This document shows, in pieces, positions 1 to 10,246 of a DNA stretch of 22,273 nt. The notes beneath the pieces were generated by a model. That model ran no database searches. It had not been told where the DNA came from and worked only from the letters and a program-made list of their open reading frames with translations. Source of the DNA: Tubiluchus corallicola (Eukaryota > Animalia > Priapulida). The position numbers and the translations under genes were made by a program. Where the stretch lies: the NCBI GenBank assembly GCA_030141605.1, contig JAQGDQ010000456.1, positions 1 through 22,273 of the forward strand, in the 5' to 3' direction. Each line of letters begins with the position of its first letter. Within the stretch, counting starts at the first letter, position 1.

Positions 1-424
1 GATCGTTTCAATAAAACTAATTCATGTTTTACAAAAACCTACACAATTTTGCAAAGCCAGAATAACACAGTCAAAGCTTGTAGAAGTTTGATATCACAAT
101 TTGCAACAATCTGACCATTTTGCAGTTTAGTAAACTGATGATGATGAAGATGACAACGATGACGATGATGGTGATGACGACAAAGATGGTGACGATGATC
201 ACGACGATGTTGATAATGATAATGAAGACAATGACGATGATGACAATAACGACGATTTTACGATGACGACGATGATGACAATGATGATGATGATGACGAC
301 GATCACGATGATGATGACGACGAAGACGGAAACCACGATCACGATGATGATGATGACGACGACGACGATGATGGCGACTATGATCACGATGACGATAATG
401 ATGATGATGACGACAGTAACGACG
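1..424. repeat. Left arm of long inverted repeat (may extend beyond the window)
   Basis: Reverse complement of 858-1281; position n pairs with 1282-n; mismatches at 170, 171, 232, 320 and 406; no indels. Confidence 0.97.
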
Positions 425-546
425 ATTTTACGATGACGATGATGATGATAATAATGACGATGACTATGATGATGATGATGATAATGACGATGATGATGAT
501 GACGACAACGACGACGACTGTGACGACAGCAATAACAATGATGACA
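136..546. repeat. Degenerate (GAT/GAC/AAT)n trinucleotide low-complexity tract (mirrored at 858-1146)
   Basis: Visible gatgatgacgacgat arrays; these account for the Ile/Val/His/Met-rich ORFs in the track. Confidence 0.95.
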
Positions 547-611
547 ATATGAAGAACTACTAAGAAAACTGATAAGAATAATAGCATACACACTATGTCA
601 ATAAAACTTAC

Positions 612-789
612 TATGCTATCGGCGTCCAGAAAGACGCATTTGTTGAAATCATCCAGATCTGACCACGCCCTGAGCTTTGTCAGTGTGATACCTAACTCTG
701 GTCTGTCCATCAGAGCTAACCTGTCCGTGTCATGGCTGTCCATGGCTGACACTTCCCTCACGTGATCATACACGTCACCAAGTAGCCGC
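612..789 (-). CDS. GYG1: Glycogenin catalytic-domain exon (equivalent to human GYG1 exon 3), inverted relative to the rest of the gene
   Basis: Minus strand reads tctcag|G CGG CTA... RLLGDVYDHVREVSAMDSHDTDRLALMDRPELGITLTKLRAWSDLDDFNKCVFLDADSI|gtaagt. It has the glycogenin RPELGxTLTKL and KCVFxDAD (DxD) motifs. 178 nt, phase 2 to phase 0, joining in frame to the exon at 2403. Confidence 0.93.
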
Positions 790-857
790 CTGAGACATCG
801 GTAATATCAACGTTACACGCATCACAACTAATCAATTTTAAAGGAAACGTCAACGCG

Positions 858-1281
858 CGTCGTTACTGTCGTCATTATCATCATTATCGTCATCGTGATC
901 ATAGTCGCCATCATCGTCGTCGTCGTCATCATCATCATCGTGATCGTGGTTTCCGTCTTCGGCGTCATCATCATCGTGATCGTCGTCATCATCATCATCA
1001 TTGTCATCATCGTCGTCATCGTAAAATCGTCGTTATTGTCATCATCGTCGTTGTCTTCATTATCATTATCAACATCGTCGTGATCATCGTCACCATCTTT
1101 GTCGTCATCATTATCATCGTCATCGTTGTCATCTTCATCATCATCAGTTTACTAAACTGCAAAATGGTCAGATTGTTGCAAATTGTGATATCAAACTTCT
1201 ACAAGCTTTGACTGTGTTATTCTGGCTTTGCAAAATTGTGTAGGTTTTTGTAAAACATGAATTAGTTTTATTGAAACGATC
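858..1281. repeat. Right arm of long inverted repeat
   Basis: 419/424 identical to the reverse complement of 1-424; includes ~135 bp of non-repetitive sequence plus (ATC/GTC)n low-complexity DNA. Confidence 0.97.
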
Positions 1282-1376
1282 TGTGATGGCACAACGCTTT
1301 ACTACAGACTGTTAGATGTGCCACATGATCACTACTGCTGTATCGATGACTATATACCGCCTCAAATGGTAATTAA

Positions 1377-1847
1377 AGGATAACCACACGATTGATAAAT
1401 GTTAGCAATTGTTTCTAATATTTGAATAATTACCTTGCAAAGGTAATAATTGCAGCAACCGAACACAGCTATCGCTTACGTCACAAACTAACGACAGTTT
1501 GTGCAACGGTAGACATGTTCCCTGCGCGTCACGCATGAAAGACGCTGATGTGATGTCACGACAATGAGCTCTACGTCGCTCTGACCTCACAGACAAAACC
1601 TGCATTTCATGATCGTGCTTATCGCGGTATTGCATCTATTTTTCGGTCACACGAATGTGACAAAAAGGTGCCACTGCCTGTCTCAGTGGAGCCGCTGAGC
1701 CGTGCGTAGCTTTGAAAGTTTAGCAAATTTAACTATCCGAGGTGGTTATTTAATCTAAGCTTTGATTTTAAAAAAGCTGTTGTAGTTTTCAGTATTTTAG
1801 AGCATACTTTATTTTGAAATAATGTCTATACAATCGTCCGGTTTCCT
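1377..1847. mobile_element. Non-autonomous DNA transposon, Kolobok-like (TTAA target, AGG termini)
   Basis: TTAA(1373-1376)|aggataaccacacgattg ... caatcgtccggtttcct|TTAA(1848-1851); imperfect TIR (1 indel, 2 mismatches); internal gtcac/gtgac motifs. Confidence 0.6.
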
Positions 1848-1984
1848 TTAAGGAAAGTTATTTTTAGCCTGGGAACGGTTCTCTTATATAGCTAAATAAA
1901 GGCAGCAATAATGATGGCCAATAGCCGCAACATTTACGTTTTCAAAAAACATCTAAATGCATCTTTTTGTCTGTGTAAAATATC

Positions 1985-2110
1985 GTAACGTGCCCATTTT
2001 CCATCTGGAAAGTCGTGAGTTCGATACTGCGGCCGGGTCATACTAAAGGCTTTAAACATGGTACCTGCTGTTGCCCTGCCTGGCGCGTGGTATTTGGGGT
2101 AAAAGTGGGG
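1985..2110 (+). mobile_element. tRNA-derived SINE fragment (resembles MetaSINE-type central domain, from memory)
   Basis: B-box-like gagttcgatac (2017-2027) followed by ggccgggtcatactaaaggctttaaacatggtacctgctgttgccctgcctggcgc. A-box is degenerate and boundaries are approximate. Confidence 0.55.
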
Positions 2111-2402
2111 TAATAATAGTCTCTGTTATGTAGTTGTAGATTGTTATTTACATTCGACAAAAAATCTCTTTAGAGTTTATGTTAATATTTGATCCAAAAA
2201 TCCGATTTCAAATAAAGATTATTATTGTTATTATACTATAATAGGATTGGCTTGATGTCGATGATTCTTATCAATATCTGTTGCTCTTCATCAATGAATC
2301 TTATGCGTGTTCATAAGCAGCTCTTATTCCCCTACACATAATAGTAACGAGGAGGCTTCCCTTATAAGATCAATAATAGCCGCTCTCTATTATTTAAAAT
2401 AG

Positions 2403-2565
2403 GTGCTGACTAATATAGACGAGTTATTCAAAGAGCCCGGGTTTGCAGCAGCTCCAGATTACGGGTGGCCCGATATCTTCAACAGTGGGGTGTTCGTCTA
2501 TACGCCTAGTAAAGACACATTCGAAGAACTAGTCAAACTTGCAATTGAGAAGGGCAGTTTTGATG
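2403..2565 (+). CDS. GYG1: Glycogenin exon (human exon 4 equivalent)
   Basis: aaaatag|GTG ... TTT GAT G|gtatgt; [54 protein letters not shown] with AAPD-GWPD-FNSGVFV motif; 163 nt, phase 0 to 1. Confidence 0.96.
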
Positions 2566-2708
2566 GTATGTATGTCTTCGAATTTTGGTTTCACTGAAAG
2601 TATTAGCGGTGATTGTGCAGCAAGCCTGTAATAGCAAAAGAATATTAATGCAAAAATATGAATCCAAAAAGTCTCGATCCAGCTGGTTAATTTGTGTTCA
2701 AAGTTTAA

Positions 2709-3212
2709 AGTGTTACAGTACATCCAGTGTTACAGTACAGCTAGTGTTATGGTACAGCCTGTGTTACGGTACATCCAGTGTTACAGTACAGCCAGCGTTA
2801 CGGTACAGCAATGTTATGGTACAGCCTGTGTTACAGTACATCCAGTGTTACAGTACAGCCAGCGTTACGGTACGGCAATGTTATCGTACAGCCTGTGTTA
2901 CAATACAGCCAGCGTTACGGTACGGCAATGTTATGATACAGCCTGTGTTACAATACATCCAGTGTTACAGTACAGCCAGCGTTACGGTACGGCAATGTTA
3001 TCGTACAGCCTGTGTTACAATACAGCCAGCGTTACGGTACGGCAATGTTATGATACAGCCTGTGTTACAATACATCCAGTGTTAACAGTACAGCCAGCGT
3101 TACGGTACGGCAATGTTATCGTACAGCCTGTGTTACAATACAGCCAGCGTTACGGTACGGCAATGTTATGATACAGCCTGTGTTACAGTACAGCCAGTGT
3201 AATGGTACAGCC
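2709..3212. repeat. Intronic minisatellite, 16-17 bp unit (agtgttacagtacagcc), about 30 copies
   Basis: Directly visible tandem units with recurring variant order. Confidence 0.95.
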
Positions 3213-3349
3213 AAGAGAATTAAACATTAGCTTTACACTGTACAAACCAGTTCATATGTACTAACAGGGTTAATTTGTACTACGAAACAAAAAGCACAGC
3301 ACACAGATTCATTTTGTTACAAAGTAATGCTTTTCTCTGTCAAAGTAAG

Positions 3350-6330
3350 CTCTAGTTAGTACTTTCTGCTGTGCAGACCAAAATCAATCTCTGGTTAGTA
3401 CTTTTTGCTTTGTGGTGCAGAGTCATCCCTTGTTAGTACTATTTGTTCTGTGTACAGTCAACCTGTGGGTAGTACTTTTTACTCTGTAGTGCAAAGTCAA
3501 CCTGTGGGTAGTACTTTTTACTCTGTAGTGCAAAGTTAACCTATGGTTAGTACTTTTTTACTCTGTAGTACAAAGGCAACCTATGGTTAGTACTTTTTAC
3601 TCTGTAGTACAAAGTCAACCTATGGTTAGCACTTTTTATTCTGTAGTACAAAGTCAACCTATGGTTAGTACTTTTTACTCTGTAGTACAAAGTCAACCTA
3701 TGGTTAGTACTTTTTACTCTGTAGTACAAAGTCAACCTATGGTTAGTACTTTTTATTCTGTAGTACAAAGTCAACCTGTGGTTAGTATTTTTTACTCTGT
3801 AGTACAAGATCAACCTGTAGTTGTACTTTTTACTCTGTAGTGAAAAATCCACCAGTAGTTAGTACCTTTTACTCTGTAGTACAAGATCAACCTGTGGGTA
3901 GTACTTTTTACTCTGTAGTGCAAAGTCAACCTGTTGTTAGTACTTTTTACTCTGTAGTGCAAAGTCAACCTGTTGTTAGTACTTTTTACTCTGTACTGCA
4001 AAGTCAACCTGTGGGTAGTACCTTTTACTCTGTAGTACAAAGCCAACCTGTGGGTAGTACTTTTTACTCTGTAGTGCAAAGTCAACCTGTTGTTAGTACC
4101 TTTTTCTCTGTAGTACAAAATCAACCTGTGGGTAGTACTTTTTGCTCTGTAGTGCAAAGCCAACCTGTAGTTGTACTTTTTACTCTGTACTGCAAAGCCA
4201 ACCTGAAGTTAGTACTTTTTACTCAGTACTACAAAATCAACCTGTAGTTAGTACTTTTTACTATGTAGTGCAAGTCAACTTGTTGTTAGTACTTTTTACT
4301 CTGTACTGCAAAGCCAACCTGAAGTTAGTACTTTTTACTCAGTACTACAAAATCAACCTGTAGTTAGTACTTTTTACTATGTAGTGCAAGTCAACCTGTA
4401 GTTAGTACTTTTTACTCTGTAGTGCAAAGTCAACCTGTTGTTAGTACTTTTTACTCTGTAGTGAAAAATCCACCAGTAGTTAGTACCTTTTACTCTGTAG
4501 TACAAAGTGTGGTGTTTTTTTTGTGTGGTTGTTGTTGTTTTTTTTGTGTTTGTGGGTGTTTTTTGTTGTGTGGTGTGTTGTTTTTTTTGTTGGTGGTTGT
4601 TTTTTTGTTTTGTGTTGTTTTTTTTGTGTGGTAACTGTGTTAGTACTTTTTACTCTGTAGTGCAAAGTCGACCTGTTGTTAGTACTTTTTACTCTGTAGT
4701 GAAAATGTGTTGTTTTTTTGTGTATCAACCTGTAGTTGTACTTTTTACTCTGTAGTGCAAAGTTAGCCTGTTGGTAGTACTTTTTACTCTGTAGTACAAA
4801 GTCAACCTGTTGGCTGTACTTTTTACTCTGTAATGGAAAGCCAACCTGTGGGTAGTACCTTTTACTCTGTAGTACAAAGTCAACCTGTGGGTAGTACTTT
4901 TTACTATGTAGTGCAAAGTTAAATTGTTGTTAGTACTTTTTACTCTGTAGTGGAAAGCCAACCTGTTGTTAGTACTTTTTACTCTGTACTGAAAAGTCAA
5001 CCTCTGGGTAGTACATTTTACTCTGTAGTACAAAGTCAACCTGTGGGTAGTACTTTTTACTCTGTAGTGCAAAGTCAACCTGTTGTTAGTACTTTTTACT
5101 CTGTAGTGGAAAGCCAACCTGTGGGTAGTACTTTTTACTCTGTAGTGCAAAGCCAAGCTGTTGTTAGTACTTTTTACTCTGTACTGCAAAGTCAACCTGT
5201 GGGTAGTACTTTTTACTCTGTACTGCAAAGTCAACCTGTGGGTAGTACTTTTTACTCTGTAGTGCAAAGTCAACCTGTTGTTAGTACTTTTTACTCTGTG
5301 CTGCAAAGTCAACCTGTGGGTAGTACCTTTCACTCTGTAGTACAAAGTCAACCTGCGGGTAGTACTTTTTACTCTGTAGTGCAAAGTCAACCTGTTGTTA
5401 GTACCTTTTTCTCTGTAGTACAAGATCAACCTGTAGTTGTACTTTTTACTCTGTAGTGCAAAGTCAACCTGTTGTTAGTACCTTTTACTCTGTAGTACAA
5501 AATCAACCTGTGGGTAGTACTTTTTGCTCTGTAGTGCAAAGCCAACCTGTAGTTGTACTTTTTACTCTGTACTGAAAAGCCAACCTGAAGTTAGTACTTT
5601 TTACTCAGTACTACAAAATCAACCTGTAGTTAGTACTTTTTACTATGTAGTACAAAGCCAACCTGTGGGTAGTACTTTTTACTCTGTAGTGCAAAGTCAA
5701 CCTGTTGTTAGTACTTTTTACTCTGTACTGCAAAGCCAACCTGAAGTTAGTACTTTTTACTCAGTACTACAAAATCAACCTGTAGTTAGTACTTTTTACT
5801 ATGTAGTACAAGATCAACCTGTAGTTGTACTTTTTACTCTGTAGTGCAAAGTCAACCTGTTGTTAGTACCTTTTACTCTGTAGTACAAGATCAACCTGTA
5901 GTTGTACTTTTTACTCTGTAGTGCAAAGTCAACCTGTTGTTAGTACCTTTTACTCTGTAGTGCAAAGTCAACCTGTGGGTAGTACCTTTTTCTCTGTAAT
6001 ACAAAATCAACCTGTTGTTAGTACTTTTTTCTCTGTAGTACAAGATCAACCTGTAGTTGTACATTTTACTCTGTAGTGCAAAGCCAACCTGTGGGTAGTA
6101 CCTTTTACTCTGTAGTACAAAATAAACATATAATTAAGCATTTTGCATTGTTGCACAAAACAAGTAGTTGGTTAGTACCTTTCGTTTTGTAAAGCAAGAT
6201 CACACACCGGCTAGTACTTTTTGCTTTGTGGTGCAAAATCAATTAGTAGCTAGACTTTTTTGCACTGCAGTCGCAATCAATTCTTTGTTAGCACTTTTTG
6301 GTTTGTAGTGGCAAAATCAGCCTGTAGTTT
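3350..6330. repeat. Intronic minisatellite, 39-bp unit (caacctgtgggtagtactttttactctgtagtgcaaagt); homogeneous core ~3459-6120, degenerate edges
   Basis: Directly visible; 13-aa periodic ORFs in the track; interrupted by G/T-only stretches at 4508-4632 and 4706-4723. Confidence 0.97.
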
Positions 6331-6546
6331 GAACTAACGTTTGCACGCGGGCTCAGTGTGAGTAGGCTATTACCAGCAGTGTGAGAAATAAGCTACTGTT
6401 AGATTTTCCCGGCTTCGTTAAACAGATAATTTTGACACATTTCTGCTCACTGCCCAGCTTTCTGCTCACTGCTCACCTTTCTGCTCACTACAGTGCGTTC
6501 TTTTTGAATAGAAGCTGATTACCTTCATCAGTTTTTATCGTTTCAG

Positions 6547-6658
6547 GTGGTGATCAAGGAATTCTTAATCAGTACTTTGGCGATGACTGGAAAAGACTGT
6601 CTTGTTTGTACAATGCGCAGTACAGCTCTGTTTACACGTATCTGCCCGCTTATCAACA
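6547..6658 (+). CDS. GYG1: Glycogenin exon with GGDQG motif and the autoglucosylated Tyr equivalent
   Basis: tttcag|GT GGT GAT CAA GGA ... CAA CA|gtatgt; GGDQGILNQYFGDDWKRLSCLYNAQYSSVYTYLPAYQ. The Tyr codon at 6633-6635 aligns with the human IYSYLPAF acceptor Tyr. 112 nt, phase 1 to 2; not in the ORF track. Confidence 0.95.
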
Positions 6659-7658
6659 GTATGTACTTCCTATGTGTGGAATAATTATCATATTGTACAC
6701 AAGTTTGCACTTTGCTCTGTCTGTAACTCTGCAGTTCTAGTGCACCTGTTGCTAAGTTAAATAGTCTTTCTGCAACTTTTTTATCAGATACTAGCTCGTC
6801 TGAGACTTGCCGTCGTCATAATCGTGTAATAAGTGCCATTTACGTCTCAAAAGTTGACAAATTTTGAATTGAAATTAAATCAATTTAACTGGATCTTGGT
6901 ATTTTACAATTTTACTCTTAAATTTCTTAAATTTTCTAATTTTAATTTTCTGTATTGTTTTGTACTTTTTTGCACCTTAGAAGGCTTTATAATTTTATCT
7001 TATGTCAGAAGTGTTCAGTGTTTGTTTAGCTAATACACTACAGACACTTGTAATCGTGTTGCGTTTATTAAGACATCTGGAGGTACAACACTGGCTTTTA
7101 AAACACCACAAACAGTTATTTTTATTATTCGTTTCTCCTAGTACACCACAAATAGTTAATTACGCTAAACAGTTATAAAGCAAATAGGTCAATTTAGTTA
7201 TCGTTCAAGATCTAGGCCATGCAAATAGTTTGAGCTATGTTTGTCAGCAGTTTCATTTGGTTTTGTCTTTTTTCTTAATTAGTAATTATAATGTTTCTTC
7301 TAATTTAGTTTTTAATACAGCCTGTTAATATAACTGTGCAGCTGGCACTTAGAGTTTATGTATATCTCACTGAATATTGTACAGTGAGATAGCACTGCAC
7401 TTCAATGTTTGCTTTATCACGTGCAACACGCTCATGGAATGTTTGTGCTGTTGAAAATTATATGTTCGTTTGTGATGCCTTCACTAGTTGGACTCGTTTT
7501 TTAAAGTTTTTAACCTGTTATTTACTTATCGAAAACACTTTGGCATAGGTGCTAAAATGTATATTTTTTATCCAAATCTTTCCCCAAAATGGAGTGGAAT
7601 ATGAAAAATCGCCCCGTTTTCCTTTAATTTTACAAACAATACATGTGTTAACTTATAG

Positions 7659-7845
7659 GTTTGGTCAGGGCATCAAAGTTGTTCACTTCCTTGGTGCTTG
7701 GAAGCCATGGATGGTTTCTGTCGATCCTCAAACACGTCAGGTGACGTCTACATTGGCGCAGGAGAATCCACAAGCAAGAACATGGCTCGCGATGTTTGAG
7801 GACAAAGTACTTCCTAAACTCAGTCATCAGTTATTGCAGAAATTG
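7659..7845 (+). CDS. GYG1: Glycogenin exon ending the catalytic domain (HFLGxxKPW)
   Basis: ttatag|G TTT GGT ... AAA TTG|gtaagc; FGQGIKVVHFLGAWKPWMVSVDPQTRQVTSTLAQENPQARTWLAMFEDKVLPKLSHQLLQKL; 187 nt, phase 2 to 0. Confidence 0.93.
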
Positions 7846-8075
7846 GTAAGCTTTTTTCCTCGGGCTGCTTTATTTTGAAACTCATAACACACAAGAAACC
7901 TCTTGCTGGATAATCATCTCTCCACCAACCCACATGTACAAGCCCTTCTGTAAATTTGCAGAAACTTGAAAATCTGATTTTTAATGAATCGATGCTTTGC
8001 CAATAGATGGCAGTTTGAAATGCATCCATGAAATTTTTACTGTATGTATATGTATTTATGCATTAGTCCATATTT

Positions 8076-8382
8076 GGGTGAGCATTGTCTATCAGAAAGC
8101 GAAATCGAACTCGAATCAAACCAGATTTCAAGATTTCGAATCCGACTCGAATTCGAATTCAATTTTATAAGATTTTTGAATAAATTTTCGAATTATTAAT
8201 AAAAAACAGCCTTACAAAGATCATGCACATTACTTGATTTTGTTCTGTAGTAAAACACAAATAATTTGTTTCAAAATTGTGCACAGGAAGTGGTGAATTA
8301 TTCGAATTTGTAATTTGAGGTTCGAATCGAATTCGAATTAAAAAAACCGTTCGATTCGAATTCAAACGTTCGATGGTCACCC
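8076..8382. mobile_element. Degenerate MITE-like element with TTCGAA subterminal repeats (possibly hAT)
   Basis: gggtgagcat (8076-8085) vs atggtcaccc (8373-8382) is a 9/10 inverted match; ttcgaa clusters at both ends; no clear TSD. Confidence 0.5.
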
Positions 8383-8548
8383 TTAGGTCATGTGCTTATA
8401 ATATTTGCCATATTTTTTGGTTATTGTTTCTAAACTGGTAACTAAGGATGCTATTGATGTAGAATAACAGCGTAATATTTTGGTTGCCTAGCGACCGGCG
8501 GCTAATTTATAGTGTAGTATTTTGTCACAGTAACTGTTATTTTTGCAG

Positions 8549-8662
8549 CAATCTGCTTTACCATTGCCAAATAAACCAGTTCCACCATTAGAAGACATTA
8601 GAACAGAAGAAGCAAGTGGACAACAACTTGAACCAGCAGCTGATATGGAACCAACAGTCGAG
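8549..8662 (+). CDS. GYG1: Glycogenin linker exon (Pro/Glu-rich, symmetric phase 0-0)
   Basis: tttttgcag|CAA ... GAG|gtatca; QSALPLPNKPVPPLEDIRTEEASGQQLEPAADMEPTVE; 114 nt, stop-free and phase-compatible with both neighbours. No family motif, so the call rests on splice signals and composition. Confidence 0.75.
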
Positions 8663-8754
8663 GTATCAGAGTTGAAGTTTTCTGTGACGTAAAACTTTAC
8701 ATTATTCATAGTAATGTTCGCTTTACGTAGTGAAGATATGCAGTTAAATTGTGC

Positions 8755-9626
8755 AGAATGTAATGCAATGCAATACATAAAATTTATTTACGTAGCGCAC
8801 TATATCATTTAAAATTTCAATACGCTAAACAATAAAATACATTTAAAATTCATAAGAAACAAAATTGAAATGACATTAAAAATAATTCATCATAAAAAGT
8901 ACAATTTAAATAAAAGTGTTTTAAGATGTTGTTTAAAACAATCTAATGAATTTGTAGAACCTACAGCCAGGCCCTATTTCAAGGGGGGGAAGTGGGGATA
9001 GTTCCCCTGGGTCTCACCCTCCAGGGGAGCCTCGCGCCGAGGTAACTTTTTTGCTTTATGCGAACATACTGCCTCTTCTATCCCTCTCTCTCGGTGCCTA
9101 TGTTCAGCTGTTTTCAATTTCGGAATTTCTAACACCGGCTTGTACGGATGTGAGAGTATGGTATTACATATTGCAAACATGTTGTTTTTGATTTGACTAT
9201 TTGTCAAGTATTAAGGACTGGTCTTGAGAATAAAGCAGTTTTTCTTTCAATTGTTCTTTCCTTTAACAACTGTATAACTCCATATTTTCTCTTTGAAAAT
9301 GCTTCTCCGGCGTTCTAGCAGTTCAAAAATTTTCTGGGGGCCTCACATGCCCCCACTTCCCCGGGCCTCGCTTAGGCTGAAATAGGCCCTGCCTACAGCA
9401 ACATGCAAGTTATTCCAGAGACGCAGAACACAGACAGAGAAAGCTTTTTCACATAGAATACAGTATTAGGAATTGGTTGAATTAATTTGTTCATTAGCAT
9501 TAGAAAGAAGTGTTTGGCATGTGTTGCGGCCTATTAAAAGTTCAGTAAGATATGCAGGTGGTAAACCATGTAGTATTTTGTAGGTGATACAAAGAATTTT
9601 ATCTTGAATTCGGAATTTTATTCGGA
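8755..9626 (-). mobile_element. 3' remnant of an L2/CR1-group LINE, interrupted by a hAT MITE
   Basis: Minus strand translates IKFRIQDKILCITYKILHGLPPAYLTELL ... EKAFSVCVLRLWNNLHVAVGSTNSLDCFKQHLKTLLF (L2 ORF2 C-terminus-like, frameshifted), followed by a gcgctacgtaaataaa...(attgc)n tail. Confidence 0.8.
8968..9391. mobile_element. hAT-type MITE (424 bp)
   Basis: Perfect 8-bp TSD cctacagc (8960-8967, 9392-9399); TIRs caggccctatttca / tgaaataggccctg (13/14). Confidence 0.9.
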
Positions 9627-10246
9627 AAATTAGAATTGTGTACTAATGCCATGTTACAGCATGTCGTGTAACATTAATGGCCCTTGCTTGTTGTAGGATA
9701 GTCAGTGTTACGACTCCAAGTTTTTGTTGCATCTGTTTTAATGTGTGAGCTACCAGGTTGTAATGCAAATTTCTGTTAAAATATAATAAAAGGGTTAGCA
9801 GAATGGCAGTGACTAAAAGAAACTGTGTGTGTGCCTCGTTTACCTTGAATGTGCCCATTTGTCGTCTTTGTTGCACATTGGCTGCTACGGTTTGTTAATA
9901 TTATTAGAATTTTAACGTAAATTTAATCCTTACTTTTTGTCATTATCTATTGTTTCATCCTCTTTCTCATCACATCTTCACACTCATTACCTTCACGGCT
10001 TTCCTTTGATTTTGCATCTTCTGCACATCTTATTCCATATTACCTGTTTGGCTCAGATCTTACAAGTTCACCTTCCCATCTGAGCTGAGAATTGTCTGCG
10101 CTGCATTAATCGCTTGGCTTTATCTTATTTATTATTCTTATGTTATTGCTATATTGTGCACTTTTTGTGCAGGATATTGTTAAATTGTGCTTGCCTCTTG
10201 GAATAAGTGAACTATAAACTATAAAGTACAAGAAAGGAGCAAAGGT

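Noticed and set aside
199-1083. Hydrophobic, His-rich or Met-rich ORFs (199..591, 828..1019, 895..1083)
   Set aside because: Translations of the trinucleotide low-complexity tract in intronic sequence.
4422-4755. Cys/Val/Phe-rich ORFs and apparent GT microsatellite insertion
   Set aside because: Explained as A/C-stripped repeat units, most likely a sequencing artefact.
2585-5844. Repetitive ORFs in the 17-bp and 39-bp arrays
   Set aside because: Open on both strands because of periodicity; they lie inside the intron between two phase-matched glycogenin exons.
3350-6330. CRISPR-like regular repeats (also 19512-22273)
   Set aside because: Head-to-tail units with no unique spacers, no cas genes, and a eukaryotic spliced-gene context.
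6441-6490. Short ttctgctcact triplication upstream of the 6547 exon
   Set aside because: Small local duplication with no evidence of function.
8968-9391. MITE length (424 bp) equals the inverted-repeat arm length
   Set aside because: No sequence similarity, and the arm is cut by the window edge; coincidence.
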